This document shows, piece by piece, positions 1 to 14,406 of a stretch of DNA of 64,000 nt (position 1 is the first letter of the stretch; every line of letters begins with the position of its first letter). The notes beneath the pieces are model-generated. The model did no database searches. It had not been told where the DNA came from and saw nothing but the letters and a program-made list of their open reading frames with translations. The position numbers were made by a program, and so were the translations under genes. The stretch lies in the NCBI RefSeq assembly GCF_009914755.1, contig NC_060942.1. One strand, given 5' to 3'. The stretch comes from the human T2T-CHM13v2.0 reference genome, Homo sapiens.

Positions 1-604
1 CTGATTTTTTAAGAGTGAGAAAAAGTTATTTGGAGACATTTACATTTTTAAGAGAAAATACAAAACACAAAATTTTCCTCTGATAAAAAGATTGATATAA
101 GCTTCAGATCCTCATTCTGCCCAGAGGTAATGAGAAAGAGTGAAAAGGCAAAGGAGGAAGGTAATGGAAAAAACACAGAAAGAGAAGAATAGATAGGCAG
201 AGAGGGAAAAAAATGAAACAGCAGGAAGGAAAAATGAGGGAACAAGAGACAGTAGAAAGCCGGGAAAGAGTAGGCTGGGTCCAGAAAGACAGGAAGAAGG
301 GCACACCCTGAAAGGTGATTAGAAGCCAGCCCCTCCCACCCAGCCCAAGGCAGAGCAGAGGGAGAGTCCGCCTTCTAGAATACAGTCATTTCCTGGTTTG
401 GAGTTGGATGCACTAAATAGCTGCCTCTTCTGATTCCTTAAGTTTCAGACACTGAAACTTGCCCATATACTACTGTCTGAATTGATGTCACTGACCCTGA
501 TCTTAAATTTCCTCCCAGGACCCCCCAACTCTATTCTTCTATGTAACCCTCAGAGGATTGATATCTAGCTCATATTTTGCTCAGGCTTTTAATCCACTGA
601 GTTC

Positions 605-1125
605 ACTTCAACTCAACAAATATTTATGCATTATCTGCTATGAACAGACTAGGCACTGGGGGTACAAAGAGAATCCCACCCTTGGGGGAATCATAGGCTA
701 ACAAGAGAGATTAACTTTTAAGCAAACATTTCCGTATAACCTTCAAGAAAACTACCCAGGTGCTGTGGGCATGCAGACACAGAGCACAGGCTAGTATGCG
801 AGCTCAGAGCTGGGTACCTGGAGAAGACGGATCCTGAGCTTAGTGCTAGGGAAGCAGCTAGGAAAGGGGTGGGGGAGTCCTGTTCCAGCGGTGGTGGGGG
901 GACAACCACCAGCAGTCTGGTATGTCACACACATAAAGAACATAAAGTCATGCCAGGGAAGGACAGGAAATTAGACTGAAAATGTCATTGACCAAGCATT
1001 GGAAAACCACGTGTCACTCAAAATAGCTGGAAGTTTATCTTACAGTATTTGGGAAGACATTGAAAAAACTTAGGTAAGGGAAATACATGCTCAGGTTTGC
1101 ATTCCAGATGTGTATTTTTAGTGCC
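605..1125 (-). mobile_element. L2 LINE fragments (degraded)
   Basis: ctcaacaaatatttatgca...taggcactggggg and ggaagtttatct...catgctcaggtttgcatt resemble the reverse complement of the L2 3' region. Confidence 0.55.
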
Positions 1126-1192
1126 TGTTTGGTGCTGGCACTGAAAAGACACATCTGAAATGCAAACCTGAACATATGTTTCCCTTACTTAA
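1070..1192. repeat. Long inverted repeat (56-bp arms, 11-nt loop)
   Basis: 1070-1125 vs reverse complement of 1137-1192: 49/56 identical, no gaps. Confidence 0.92.
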
Positions 1193-1568
1193 ATTTCCCT
1201 TACTTAAACTTACTCTCATTATTTGTGGAGAGTAAGTTTAGATGAAAGGAGGAAATTGGGCTGGTCCAGCTTTCAGTTCTTTATTTCTCAGCCCGTCTAG
1301 ACCTGTAACAGTCTGGACCTATTGGGTACCACTGAAGGCAGCTGCACAGATAAGCTGCTTTGTCTTTGGACCCTGAAGGGTATTACCAATGAGCTAGTTT
1401 AATATCTTTAATATTTGGTGTATTTTTGCAACTGTTGAAATATTTTGGAACTTGTTTCACAGGTTAAATAGACCATCACTTCAGATCTCTAGAATCTCCC
1501 TTGGGGTCTTCACTCCCATTTTAACCTGAAGTAATTAGCAGCATTCAGACAAAAAAAAAAAAAAAAAA

Positions 1569-1704
1569 GGCCAGGTATGGTAGCTCATGCCTGAAATCCC
1601 AGCACTTTAAGAGGCCAAGGCAGGAGGAAAGCTTGAGCCAAGGAGTTTGAGATTAGCCTGGGCAACATAGCAAGACCCCATCCAACCTTATTTCAAAAAA
1701 AAAA
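1569..1704 (+). mobile_element. Alu free left monomer (FLAM-like)
   Basis: ggccaggtatggtagctcatgcctg...gggcaacatagcaagacccc followed by an A-tail; no right arm. Confidence 0.8.
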
Positions 1705-4251
1705 AGGAACAAGTGGGTTAATCATATGTTATGATGCCTTCTGATAACATGCAATATGAAGTATTTAGGATGCATTCTGGACAAAAATATTTAATTAGAA
1801 TTTGACAAATCTTTAAATATAAGAGTAAAACACAAGGGATTAGAAATCCGAGGATAGAGGAACAAGTTAAACAACATCTCAAGACCAATGCAAAAGTGGA
1901 ACCTTTTGTTGGATAACTGCTTCAGTTTTTTTCAACAAGTTGATATTAAAAACAATAATTAAATAAAAGGACACTGCTAAAGTAAAAGAAATTTGAGGAA
2001 AAAATTGTGTTTCTGAGTCAGATCTTGATTTAGACAAATGAACTATAAAAATCATGTTTTGTTTATTTGAGGAAATTTGAATATGGACTGAGTATTAGAG
2101 AAGGTGAATATTTACAGACATTAAGAAGATGAATATTTAATGAGCTCTAAAACGTAGAGCTCATTCACGCAAAAAGCAAGTAACAAAATAGCACTTACAG
2201 TAGAATCTTATCTTGGTATAAAAAGACAAATAAATGTGAATAGAAAAGTAACTGGAAGAATTTCAATCAGGAAAGGGAACTAATATTTATTGAGCACGCT
2301 GTATGTACTTAAATGTTATGCTAAGTATTTTTTTAACATCACTTGTTTAATTATTTAATTCTCCCAAATACTTCTTGCAAAGAAGATGCAATTTACCCCA
2401 TTTTACAAACAAGACATGTACTTTAAGATTTTAATAAAAATACTCTCTGGTGGTCAGAATTTGGTGACTTTAATTTCTTTTTGGACTGGGTGTTCTAACT
2501 TTCTGCAATGCATATTTACTACTTTTGTAATATTAAAAACGGGTTTTTTTTAATTATGAAGACACTTCTAAATAATACATGGGTCAAAGAAGAAATCTCA
2601 AGATAATTTTAAAATGTTTTAAACTAAACGAAAATGAAAACACAACTTATCAAATTTGTGGGATGCAGAGAAAGCAGTGGTTAGAGGAAAATTTATAGCA
2701 TTAAATTTATACACTAGAAAAAATAAAAATCTAAAATCAACCATTTAAGTTCCACCATTGGAAAGTACAAAAAAAAAGGCAAATTAAATTCAAAGTAAGC
2801 AGAAGGAAAGAAATAACAAAACTTAGAGCAGAAATCAATGAAACTGAAACCAAGGAAAACAATAGAGAAAAATCAATGAAACCAAAAGGTGGTGCTTTGA
2901 AAAGATCAAAAAATCAATAAAATTCTAGCTAGTCTGAGTAAGAAAAAAAGAGAGATGACACAAATTACTAATATCAGAAATGAAAAAGGGGCATCACTAC
3001 AGATCCCATGGACATTAAATGCATAGTCAAGAAAATATGAATGACTCTATACCCACAAATTAGATAGTCTAGATGAAATAAACCTATTCTTTGAAAGGCA
3101 CGATCTGCCAAAACTAACACAAGAAGAAATAGACTGTCTGAATAGGCCTATATCTGTTAAAGAAATTGAATAAATAATTGATAACCTTTCCAAACAGAAA
3201 GCAACAGGCTCAGATGGATTCACTGGTGAATTCTATCAATATTTAAGGAATAAATTATACCAATTCTCTAAAGTGGAATACTTCCTAACTCATTCTATGA
3301 GGCCAGCATTATCCTATACCAAAACTGGACAAAAATATTGCCAAAAAAAAAAAGAAAACTACAGACCAGTATCTCTCTCATGAACATAGATACAAAAATC
3401 CTCAAAAAAAAATTAGCAAATAAAATCCATCAACATATTTTTAAAAATATACACCAAAACCAAATGGGATTTATCCCAGTATGCAAAACTGGTTCAACCT
3501 TTAGAAGTCAATTAATGTAATCCATCACATCAACAGGCTAAAAAAAAAATCCAACACACATTCATGATTTAAAAAAAAATCTCAGTAAACTAAAAATAGA
3601 GGGAAACTGTCTCAACTTGATAAAGAATGTCTACAAAAAACCTACAGCTAACATCGTACTTAATAAGAAACTCTAAGATTTTCTCAGTAAGATCAGAAAA
3701 AAAGGCAAGAATGTTTCCTCTTGCCACTCCTTTTTAACATCATACTGCACTAGTTAATGCAATAAGACAAGACAATGACATAAAAGGAATATAGATTGAG
3801 AAGGAAAAAAAACTGTTTTGTCTATGTAAAGAATCTGAAAGAATCAACCAAAAAATTTCTGGAACTAATAAGCAATTACAGGAAGGTTGCAGGATACAAG
3901 TTAAAATAAAAAACTCAATTGCTTTCCCATATACCAGCAATGAACAAGTACAATTTGGGGTTTAAAACATGATATCATTTATATTATCATCCTCCAAAAT
4001 TCAGAACTTAGGTATAAATTTAACAAAATACGTTTAAGATATATCTGAGGAATACTACAAAACTTTGAAAGAAATCAAATAAGAACTAAATAAAATGGAA
4101 AGTTATTCCAAGTCCATGGATAGGAAGGCTCAATATTGTCAAGATGACAGTTCTTCCCAACATGTCCTATAGACTTAATGCAATCCCAATCAAAATCCCA
4201 GAAAGTTATTTTGTTGATATCAACAAGCTGATTTGAAAGTTTATGTAGAAA

Positions 4252-4581
<330 letters not shown>

Positions 4582-4894
4582 TTATGCAGAAAGGCAAAAG
4601 ATCCAGAATAGCCAGTACAATATTAGAGAAGGAAAAAGTTGGAGGACCGGCACTACTTGACTTCAGAACTTGCTATGAACCTTCAGTAATCAAGACAGTG
4701 TGATATTGGCTAAAGACTAGCCAATTAAATCAGTGGAACAGAATAGAGAGCCCAGAAATAGACCCACATAAATATAGTCAACTGATCTTTGACAAAAGAG
4801 CAACAAAGATGCAATGGAGAAATGATAGTCTTTTCATCAACTAGTGCTGGAACTGGACATCCACATGCAGAGAGGTGAATCTAGACACAAACCA

Positions 4895-5325
4895 TTTTTT
4901 TTTATACTTTAAGTTCTAGGATACATGTGCACAACGTGCAGGTTTGTTACTTATGTATACATGTGCCATGTTGGTGTGCTGCACCCATTAACTCGTCATT
5001 TACGTTAGGTATATCTCCTAATGCTATCCCTCCCCCCTCTCCCCACCCCACAACAGGCCCCGGTGTGTGATGCTCCCCACCCTGTCTCCAAGTGTTCTCA
5101 TTATTCAATTCCCACCTATGAGTGAGAACATGTGGTGTTTGGTTTTCTGTCCTTGCAATAGTTTGCTCAGAATGATGGTTTCTAGCTTCATCCATGTCCC
5201 TACAAAGGACATGAACTCATCCTTTTTTATGCCTGCATAGTATTTCATGGTGTATATGTGCCACATTTTCTTAATCCAGTCTATCACTGATGGACATTTG
5301 GATTGGTTCCAAGTCTTTGCTATTG
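4895..5325 (-). mobile_element. L1PA (approx. PA4-6) 3' end, antisense, nested in older L1
   Basis: Poly-T then tatactttaagttctagg...; minus ORF encodes the ORF2p C-terminus (WIKKMWHIYTMKYY...HMFSLIGGN); flanking ctagac(a/c)caaa at 4881 and 5326. Confidence 0.92.
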
Positions 5326-6960
5326 CTAGACCCAAATGTTATACCTTTCACAAATTAACTAAAATGGATCATAGATCTAAAATGTAAAATGCAAAACTAT
5401 GAAACTTCTAGAAGATAGCATAGGAGAAAACCTAGATGACCTTGAATATGGCAATGATGTTTTAGATCACAAAAGGCATGACCCATAAAGGAAATAATTG
5501 GTAAGCCAGATTTCATTAAAATTAAAAATGTCTGCTCTGCGAAGACAATGTCAAGAGAATGAGAAGACAAACCACAGACTGGAAGAAAATATTTGTAAAA
5601 GACAAATCTTGATAAAAGACTGTTATTTAAAATATAGAAAGAACTCTTAAAATTTAGCAATAAGAAAACAAAAAACTTGATTTAAAAATCAGCCGAAGAC
5701 CTTAATAGATAGCTCACCAAAGAAGATACAAAAATAGCAAATAGGTATGCTTTACATGATATGTCATCAGGGAGATGCAAATTAAAACAACAATGAGATA
5801 ATACTACATATCAATTAAAATAGTCAAAATGCTGACAACACCAAGTGCTGTCAAAGATGTGGAACAACAGAAACTCTTATTCATTTCCGATGCGAATGTA
5901 AAATGGTACAATTTCTTCGGAAGACAATTGGCAGTTTCTTAAAAAACTAAACATACTCTTACCATATGATCCAACAATCACACTCCTTAGTATCTACTCA
6001 AAGAAGTTGAAAACTTATGTCCACACGAAAACCAGCACATAGATGTTTATGGCAGCTTAATTCATAATTGCAAAACAACTGAGAAGCAATCAAAATATTC
6101 TTCAGCAGGTGAATGATAAGTTAACTGGTACAGACAGACAATGGAATATTATTTATCACTAAAAAGAAATGCACTATCAAGCCATAAAAAGACATCTAAG
6201 CACTATAAATGCATACTACTAAGTGAAAGAAGCCAATCTGAAAAGGCTACATTCTGTATGATTCCAACTATGTGGTATTATGGAAAAGACAAAACTATGG
6301 AGACAGTAAAGGTCAGTGGCTGCTAGGGGTTACAGAGAGAGAGAGGAATAAATTGGCAGAGCACAGAGCATTTTTATGGCAGTGAAAATACTCTGTATGA
6401 TAGTATAATGGTGTATATGTGTCATTACACATTTGTCCAAATCCACCAAATGTGTAATACCAAGTGTTCCCTAATGGAAACAACGGACTATGGTGATTAT
6501 GATGTGTCTGTGTAGATTCATTACTGTAACAAATACACCAATCTGGTGGGGGATGTCGATCATCAGGGAGGCTATATATGTGTGGGGGGTTGGGAGTATA
6601 GGGGAAATCTTCTGTGCCTTCCTCTCATTTTCACTGTGAATCTAAAAACGTCTCTTAAAAATTTGTCTTTAATTTTTTTTAAAAAAAAACAAGTAACTCA
6701 TGGCTAAATATTAAGATATTGTAATTCCTTGATTTTTTAAATACAACTTCAAAAATAATGATTAAAATAGTTTAAGAAGAGAATGAACACAAAATACACA
6801 AGTACAGTATTTTTTAACTTTTATAAACCCACACCCCTTTTTGATAAACATACAAATCTGTAGTTATATGAAATTCCAATAAATACCATAATTTTTAAAA
6901 ACCAAAGTCATGGAAGATAAGACTACTTTGTTTTCAGTCTGCAAATAAGGAGACATGAAG

Positions 6961-7014
6961 ACTAAAAACTAAAACTAAAACCTAAAGACTAAAAACTAAA
7001 ACTAAAAACTAAAA
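6961..7014. repeat. Imperfect (AAAACT)n tandem repeat
   Basis: actaaaaactaaaactaaaacctaaagactaaaaactaaaactaaaaactaaaa. Confidence 0.85.
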
Positions 7015-7089
7015 TCCTCTGCCACTCTCTGCCAAATTATGAAATGTTCTCTTATGTAGTTATGTCCTTTCAGAGTCATTGGCGTTGCG

Positions 7090-7335
7090 GGAAAAGTATA
7101 AACTCTGAAGTCAAACAGATCTGGTTCAAATATTCACCTACACCACTTACCAGTATGGTGATTTTGAATAAATTACTGGGTTCACCATTTCTGAATGTTT
7201 GTTGCCTTGTCTGTAAAATGAGTTAATAATCTATTCCTTACAGGGTATTTGGGAAATTAAATAATTAAATAAATAATATTCTTAAAAATACTTAGCACCA
7301 CAATTAAGTATATAAAGCATATTCAGTAAACATCA
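7090..7335 (+). mobile_element. MIR SINE
   Basis: ctctgaagtcaaacagatctggttcaaat...ccacttaccag...ctgtaaaatgag core. Confidence 0.7.
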
Positions 7336-8768
7336 TCCCCCTAGCTCACTTGAAATAAAAATGTGTTTGGGTGCTCAATGATCTTTAGACTATAGCCTCA
7401 CGGGGATTATGGGGACCCCTGGCTTCTAGCTTTTATCTGACTGGCTCCATCTGGAGCCCAGCTAAGGATCACAATTCAGTTTCCTTCATCTCTACTCCCA
7501 CATCCAGTGATTCATCCTTCCACTTATTTACTCAACAAGTAGCTGTTGAGAGCCAAGTAGTGGACCAGGTGAGAAGTGGCAAATGAGAGACCTGACCCCT
7601 GCTGTCTGAGAGCTTGCAGTCTAGTCCTTCCAAAGGAGACCTACTATTTTGGGCTGCATGCTTTTTCCTGCATTGCTTGCGTGAATTCAGGATTGCTTTG
7701 ATTTATGATCCAGCCACACACCTGAAGTCACTGCCTAGCGACCCCACTTCCTGTCCTGGTTAGCCTTTTGAATTAGACCCATTGGAGAGAGAGATGCTGG
7801 CTCACAGCTGACAAGACTCTCCTAGATCATTGGCTTGGGCTTGGTGATGAAGACAACTAGCCTCCACGTTCACCTGCTAGGAGCTACCCACGTGCTATGG
7901 GCCAGGGTTTCCAGTGGTACAGCTGGGATCAATTTTGAAAACTTTTTCTGCTCCTAGAAATTGCTATTGAATCACAGTGCCTCTAGTAATGTCACTTTTT
8001 TATTGACACCCATTGTCAGGACAGCAATTCTCTCCCTCTATCTTCAGCAATAAGAATGTTATTTCCAAAGTAGTGAATGATGCTCTTTGGGGATTTCATT
8101 TCAAACTGCTAGTAAAAATAAGGCTCTTCCCTATTTTTGCCCCTGTCTCTTTTAATTCAAGTGCACATCTCTATCAGTCATATGAAAAATAAATGAACAC
8201 AGTTGATCACTCTGTCAATACCTTCAGCAGCACAAGCAGAGCTGATGCATGTGTTTTCAGACCACATTGTTCTTATTTAACGCAAAACACATGACTCAGA
8301 GAAATCCAATAGCTCAGTATTTTTATGCTATTTTTGTTACTAGACAAAGCCCTAAAATAATAATTACATATGTATATATATAACACTTTTTCTAAATAGT
8401 TTTAAACATCAAATAGTAAAATTCATCTTCTTCAAGATAGTTTAAACATCAAATAGTAAACGTTCTTTTATCTTAATAGTTAATACTTTGAAAGGAAATA
8501 TATTAAATATATCAATGACAACATTATTTTTAATTTTAATGTTTTAAATCTGTATTTAATTTGATATAGATGAATAAATGTGGTGTTAGGATACGTATTC
8601 TAGAGTTCTCAGTGAAATCTTTTTCCATTTCCTTTATAGCTTAGTTACCTCTCCCCTCAGCTAAACACATCATAGTAGTATTTTCTTGCATTAAAAACCC
8701 ACTCTAATAGCCTGTCTTGATCCTTCACAGTTTTTTCTATGTTCAAATAATCATTTACAGTCATATAT

Positions 8769-8771
<3 letters not shown>

Positions 8772-8806
<35 letters not shown>
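8772..8806. repeat. (AC)17 microsatellite
   Basis: Direct read. Confidence 0.97.
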
Positions 8807-8808
<2 letters not shown>

Positions 8809-10072
8809 ACTATGTACCCTATTCTACATCATGCTCTTCTCACTCAACAATACCCAGTACATATACCTCTAAGTCACCTGGTATATCTCTAATTAATTAT
8901 TTTTATTACCTGCAAAATATTATACTTCATGTATTCTATGTATCTATTCCTAGCATAATGACATATCTGTTAAATGTTAGGGAACCAACATATTTGATGC
9001 AAATGAGAAATAAGGTACAGAAAAGGGACAAAATATATATATAAGCGTTATAATTTGTAACATAGTAGATGTGGGTGATGTGGTTGAGATGGACAGTCAC
9101 AATGAGCATCCTAATACTCATCTCAGAACTGAATTTACTCACCCAGTCACAGACAACCCCCACGACCATGGCGGAAAGATGGAGGGTGCCTCTTTGAGCT
9201 TATAGCTAGCATAAGCACAAGATGTGTCTTGTCAACAGGCTGGCTTCAAAAGAGAGAAAACCCTAGATGAGGGTTCATGGGGGCAAGGGGACAATGGGCT
9301 GAACCAAACAAGTTTAGTTTCTTCTCCCAAGCTCACCAATCAGATGATTTCTTCCTGCATCCAAAAACAGGAGTGAAGGAGGGATGGGGAACAAGGTCAG
9401 CTTTCCTGTAGCTGAAGCCTCCCACATAGAAATGTGAGTTCAGAAACTATAATTATATCTAACAGTTGCTTTTTGAATAATAGTATCCTTATAGTAAATT
9501 TTGATATCTGATAAGACAAAACTCTTCAATATTCTTCATAATTATTCTTTTATTAGCTTTTAGGTACATATTTTCTTTCATATAGACTTCCAGATTTTTT
9601 TTCATTCTCTCCCACCTCTATTCCCCAGTTATAATATGAATAAAGTCTGAGAATTGCATTAAGCATTTTTTTAGGAATTGATATTTTATAATAGTAATTC
9701 TTTTCATCCAGAAATCTAATAATGTCCTTCTATTTTCTTTGATCCTATTTTATGTCCTTCATTAATATTCTTTTGTGGATTCTTAGGAAAGTAACTTTCA
9801 AGAATTTTACAATCTTTAACTGAGATTGTGAATAGATTCTTTTTTTCAGTTCACTCTCTAGATCCTTATTACTAGGATAAAGAAAAGTTATTCATTTGTG
9901 TATTTATTCTATAAAAATTTACTTTAAAATTTCTAAGAAAAGTACTAAGTGCACATGTGTAATAATAAATTTGAAAACACTGAGATATAAATAATTTCCT
10001 ACAAAATGTAAATTATCAAAATGTAGGCCCCAAAAAGGAAAACCTTAATAGATCAATTGAATATTGAGGAGC

Positions 10073-10397
10073 AACCTAGTACAGTAGCTCATACCTGTAA
10101 TCCCAGGACTTTGTGAGGTCAAGATAGGTGGATAGCCTGAGCCCAGGAGTTCAAGACCAGCCTGGGAAACATGCCAAAATGGCATCTTTACTAAAAATAA
10201 ATAAATAAATAAATAAAAATACAAAAAATTAGCCAGGTGTGGTGGCGTGCACTTGTATTTTCAGCTACTTGGGAGGCTAAGGTGGGTTAATCACCTGAGC
10301 CCAGAAAGTCTAGGCCACAGTGAGCCATGATCATGCCACTGCACTCCAGCCTAGGCAACAGGAGTGAGACCCTGTCTCAAAAAACAGTAATAAATAA
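10073..10397 (+). mobile_element. AluJ-type element
   Basis: Diverged dimer with (TAAA)n in the linker; TSD tgaatatt(g/a)aggagc at 10058 and 10398. Confidence 0.88.
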
Positions 10398-10984
10398 TGA
10401 ATATTAAGGAGCTTCAGTATAGCAAAACTTAGTAACTGGAGATAAAATTTCATAAGCTCAAAGCACTTCCTTCAAATGAAAGCTGACCAACCCAATTTAG
10501 CAGAAATTGCATCACTTCCGAGTTTAAAGAAATAAAGAGGTGTTTTGAGAATCTGTCCATCCTGACTTCACATCGAAGACTGACATTAAGCCACCACGTT
10601 GCACAAGTTGTGCAACATGCACAAACATCCATAAAATTGGCCTAGTGTCTAATGCATCAAAAAGGAAGCCTAAACTGACTCATGGACATGCTGTGCTAAT
10701 GAAGAAGAGTAGAGGTGGAGTTTTCTCTACCTTTAATCTCTTTCAGGCGTACCTTCCAGAAGAAAGGCCAGATATGTTGCAGCTGTGCCAGCCTCAGATC
10801 AAAAACGTCAATTTATGCTGCAAAGATTGTGCTTTGAGAAACACACTAGAATTCAGACTGAATGAATCCATAGGAATCTTAAGAAGTTTCAATAAAGGAG
10901 TTGAAATAATGTTAAATGTTAATATGAAACAATAAAGAAAAAAACTATAGGCTAATAATGCATTTTTCTATAAGGCAGATTTTT

Positions 10985-11570
10985 TTTTTAATTTAAGTAG
11001 ATAGTTTATTTGAGTTAAGCTAGAGGATTGCAACCCAGGAGCATAGATTCAAGTTGCCCTCAGTATATACTCCAGTTAGCAACAAGTGGATTTGTAAAGG
11101 CAAAAAATGGGGACCAGAAATGGGCTGATACAAAGTTGTTTGTCAGAAATTCTCACTGGTTTAAAGAAATAATATTGCTTCATGATTAGCTATACATTGT
11201 TAAGCTATAGGATAAGTTTGTCCAACTTGCGGCCCGTGGGCCACATGTGGGCCAAGACAGCTTTGAATGCGCCCCAACACAAATTCATAAACTGTCTTAA
11301 AACATTATGAGATTTTCTTTTTAGCTCATCAGCTATTATTAGTATTAGTGTATTTTACATATAGCCCAAGACAATACTTCTTCCAATGTGACCCAGGGAA
11401 GCCAAAAGATTAGACACCCTTACTATAGATTACAGGTTATGGTGTCCAGTGCGGCATTATTAAGTTAATTTACAGCTGCCTGTGGCAATAGCAAGCAGTT
11501 TCGGGAGATGAATACGTAGCTCAAAGGGGAGAGTAGGGCGTGACTGCCACCTCATTTTAATGTATGAGAC
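10985..11570 (-). mobile_element. ERV1-type LTR remnant (subfamily uncertain), split by MER30
   Basis: tttatttgag...gaggattgcaacccaggagcatagattcaagttgccct style sequence on both sides of the MITE. Confidence 0.5.
11213..11422 (-). mobile_element. MER30 hAT-Charlie MITE
   Basis: Matches the reverse complement of the recalled MER30 consensus (ttgtccaac...gcggcccgtgggccacatg...ccagggaagccaaaagattagacaccc); near-TSD ctatagga / ctatagat. Confidence 0.85.
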
Positions 11571-12989
11571 AGATTTATTAACAATTCAGGTAAGTAATGA
11601 TTCTAATCATCTTCTTAATGTCAGTGAATAGAATATTGTGTTTATTCAAAGGAGGGCCGGTTAAACATGTCCAAAACTGCAGAGAAAATATTCGTGTGTG
11701 TAAACTAAAAGTTTGGTGCTTTCCTAAGCACTACAGATCCACCTGAGATGAAAGCGTTATTCTGTCACCCGAAAAATGCAAGAAAAAAAGAAAATAAGAC
11801 ACTTGAAATGTCTGTTCGCTCTAAAATTAATCTTTCAGGAGATTTTGTAGTTCCTTCTTAAAACACCAATACTAAAACACAGAGTACAATAAGTTGTGCA
11901 AGTTTTACAGGTTTGACAAACGAACTTGGAACTTACTAATTATAAAAGTATCAGTCTATGATGCCTCATTAGGTAAAAAGCCAGTAATACATGAGTCTTT
12001 GGTAGAAAAATGCACTGACTCTGAAGAATAAAGAATGACAGCCTCCTCTTTTAGAAGCATTTCCATTCCTCATCATGGTAGAGCTAGTAGTTCTCAACTG
12101 CAGTCATTCCTGAAATCCTTGGAGGTCATTTTTCCTTAATGTTCCATGCTGTTTTCAGACTCCATTCTTCTACAGACTGGCGTCTGCGGCATGGCAAGAA
12201 ACACAGATGCTGCTTCATACATTTCCATTAGCAGGCAGGGCTCCAGGCATGTGGTTTCAGAAGCCGGTGGAGCTGTCTACATGTTATTTCTTCCCATGGG
12301 TGGAGATCTAAATTAAAACACTCATAAAAAAGAAAATCTCCCTCCTCAGAAATTACCAACAATAAGACCGATACAATTTGATTACTAGAAAAACAGAAGC
12401 CAACTCTCCCATGTTACTTAAAAATACTTGAGGACTTCTGAGAATTGTGCTGTTTATCATCAAAAGGAAGATGTAAAATATACAAATGAAGGGGACATAG
12501 CAGAACCACAGAGTGCAGTAAATTAATATTTGACTTTGCATAGCTGGTTCTCATCTTTTCATATCATATCATCCTATCACCTGAGATGATGGAAGAGTTA
12601 GGACAATGTTAGGTCCAGGAGGGATGCCAGGTTCCCTGGGTCTAACCAAGATCCAGAACTTTCTAAGTTCTAAGTCTAGTGTCTTAGATTGATATACTAT
12701 TGACATACTTTACCTTATTTTAATTTCTTATGTTCTAATAAATTATTAGAATATTTAAATAACATTTAAATTTCTAAATAGAGCTAAAGTATGTGTTCTC
12801 ATGAGTGCTATTTTTCTTATAGAAGAAGCAGACAAGATTTACCAATAACAAACTTTATGGGAGGGAGACAGACAAGGAGGAGGGACAGGCATTCTCTTAC
12901 GTTATCGGTGGGAACATAAATTGGTATAGTCTTATGGACGACAATCTATGAAAAATTTGGACTGTATGTAGTGGAGAAAGGCAATACAA

Positions 12990-13515
12990 GCAATCCAACT
13001 AAGAAATAAATTATGCCATGTATACTAAGCACTATACAAGAAACAAATTGGGATAAATGATTTTTTAAAATGAGGATGAGGGTGCCCAAGTGTTGGGAAT
13101 AAAGACATCTCTGAGAAGGTCTCATTAGCTACCACTTAATGGTGGGGAGGTTCTGAGTGAAGACTTGAGGCAGAAAGAGCTTAGGGCTTTGGAAGAATTA
13201 AAAATGTGCCTGTGAGAGAAAAGGAGTGTGCAATATGCCGGGAGAGGATAATGGAGAATGGGTCAGGCAGTTCCCTATACGACATGACAGGCAGTTTCTA
13301 TTCTGTTCCAAGCACAGTGGAAGCCGTGATCTTTTTAGAAATAGCACTCAGTGTGCTAAGTGAGGGACAAACTGGACAAGAGGTGAGAAAAAAGCAAAAG
13401 CTCAGTTATAAGCCCACTGCCCAGGCTACATGAGAGATGTTAAAAATTTAGCTAATGAGGAAGCTCAGAGAAGAGAACTAAAGTGGATTCAAAATACATT
13501 TTGCAAGTAAATCAA
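12990..13515 (-). mobile_element. L2 fragment
   Basis: Purine-rich degraded L2 antisense pattern (ctctgagaagg...tgagagatg...gtggattcaaaatacattttg). Confidence 0.5.
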
Positions 13516-14016
13516 ACCTTGTCAGTTGTACCTCTGACAAATAAAAACTGAGGAAGAGATTTTCCTAAAAGAAACATTTTGTTAAAGTGAGCATTAGGTT
13601 CATTTGGAAAACTCCTTCGTCACACTTTTTATGACCTTACAAATATACTACCACAAATAAGCAATTACCTGACCAGACTAATTCAGAGCAAAAAGAGGTT
13701 GACTGTGGTCCACAGCATAAGTAAAACTTTTAGAAAGTTATGTTCATCTACATTTACCCTTCTGAAGTCTGGGTTTAAATCAGCATATGATAAAAATTTT
13801 GCAAATCTTTTTAAATAAATCATTCCAGGGATCACAGAAGCATGATGAACCACATTACATACCATCTAAAAGGAAATTGGGTTAACAGCTCCTTTTACCA
13901 ATTATTCAAGTGCAGACTGTTCTCTACGGATGCACAATTATTGCATTTTGTTACATTTCTGGATATTTTCATATGATGATCCTAAGGGAAGAGGTGTACG
14001 ATTTCCATTACTTTGA

Positions 14017-14406
<390 letters not shown>

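Noticed and set aside
48-306. Three overlapping hydrophobic minus-strand ORFs
   Set aside because: Artefact of a GA-rich low-complexity tract (Phe/Leu/Ser-biased translation).
4947-5335. ORFs resembling a real protein (WIKKMWHIYTMKYY)
   Set aside because: C-terminal remnant of L1 ORF2p in a truncated L1PA, not a gene.
9060-9450. GC-richer island, possibly an old LTR
   Set aside because: Could not assign termini or a family from sequence alone.
10596-10622. Palindrome gttgcacaagttgtgcaac / possible p53-p63 site
   Set aside because: Resembles a MER91-type MITE remnant, and both half-sites have two mismatches.
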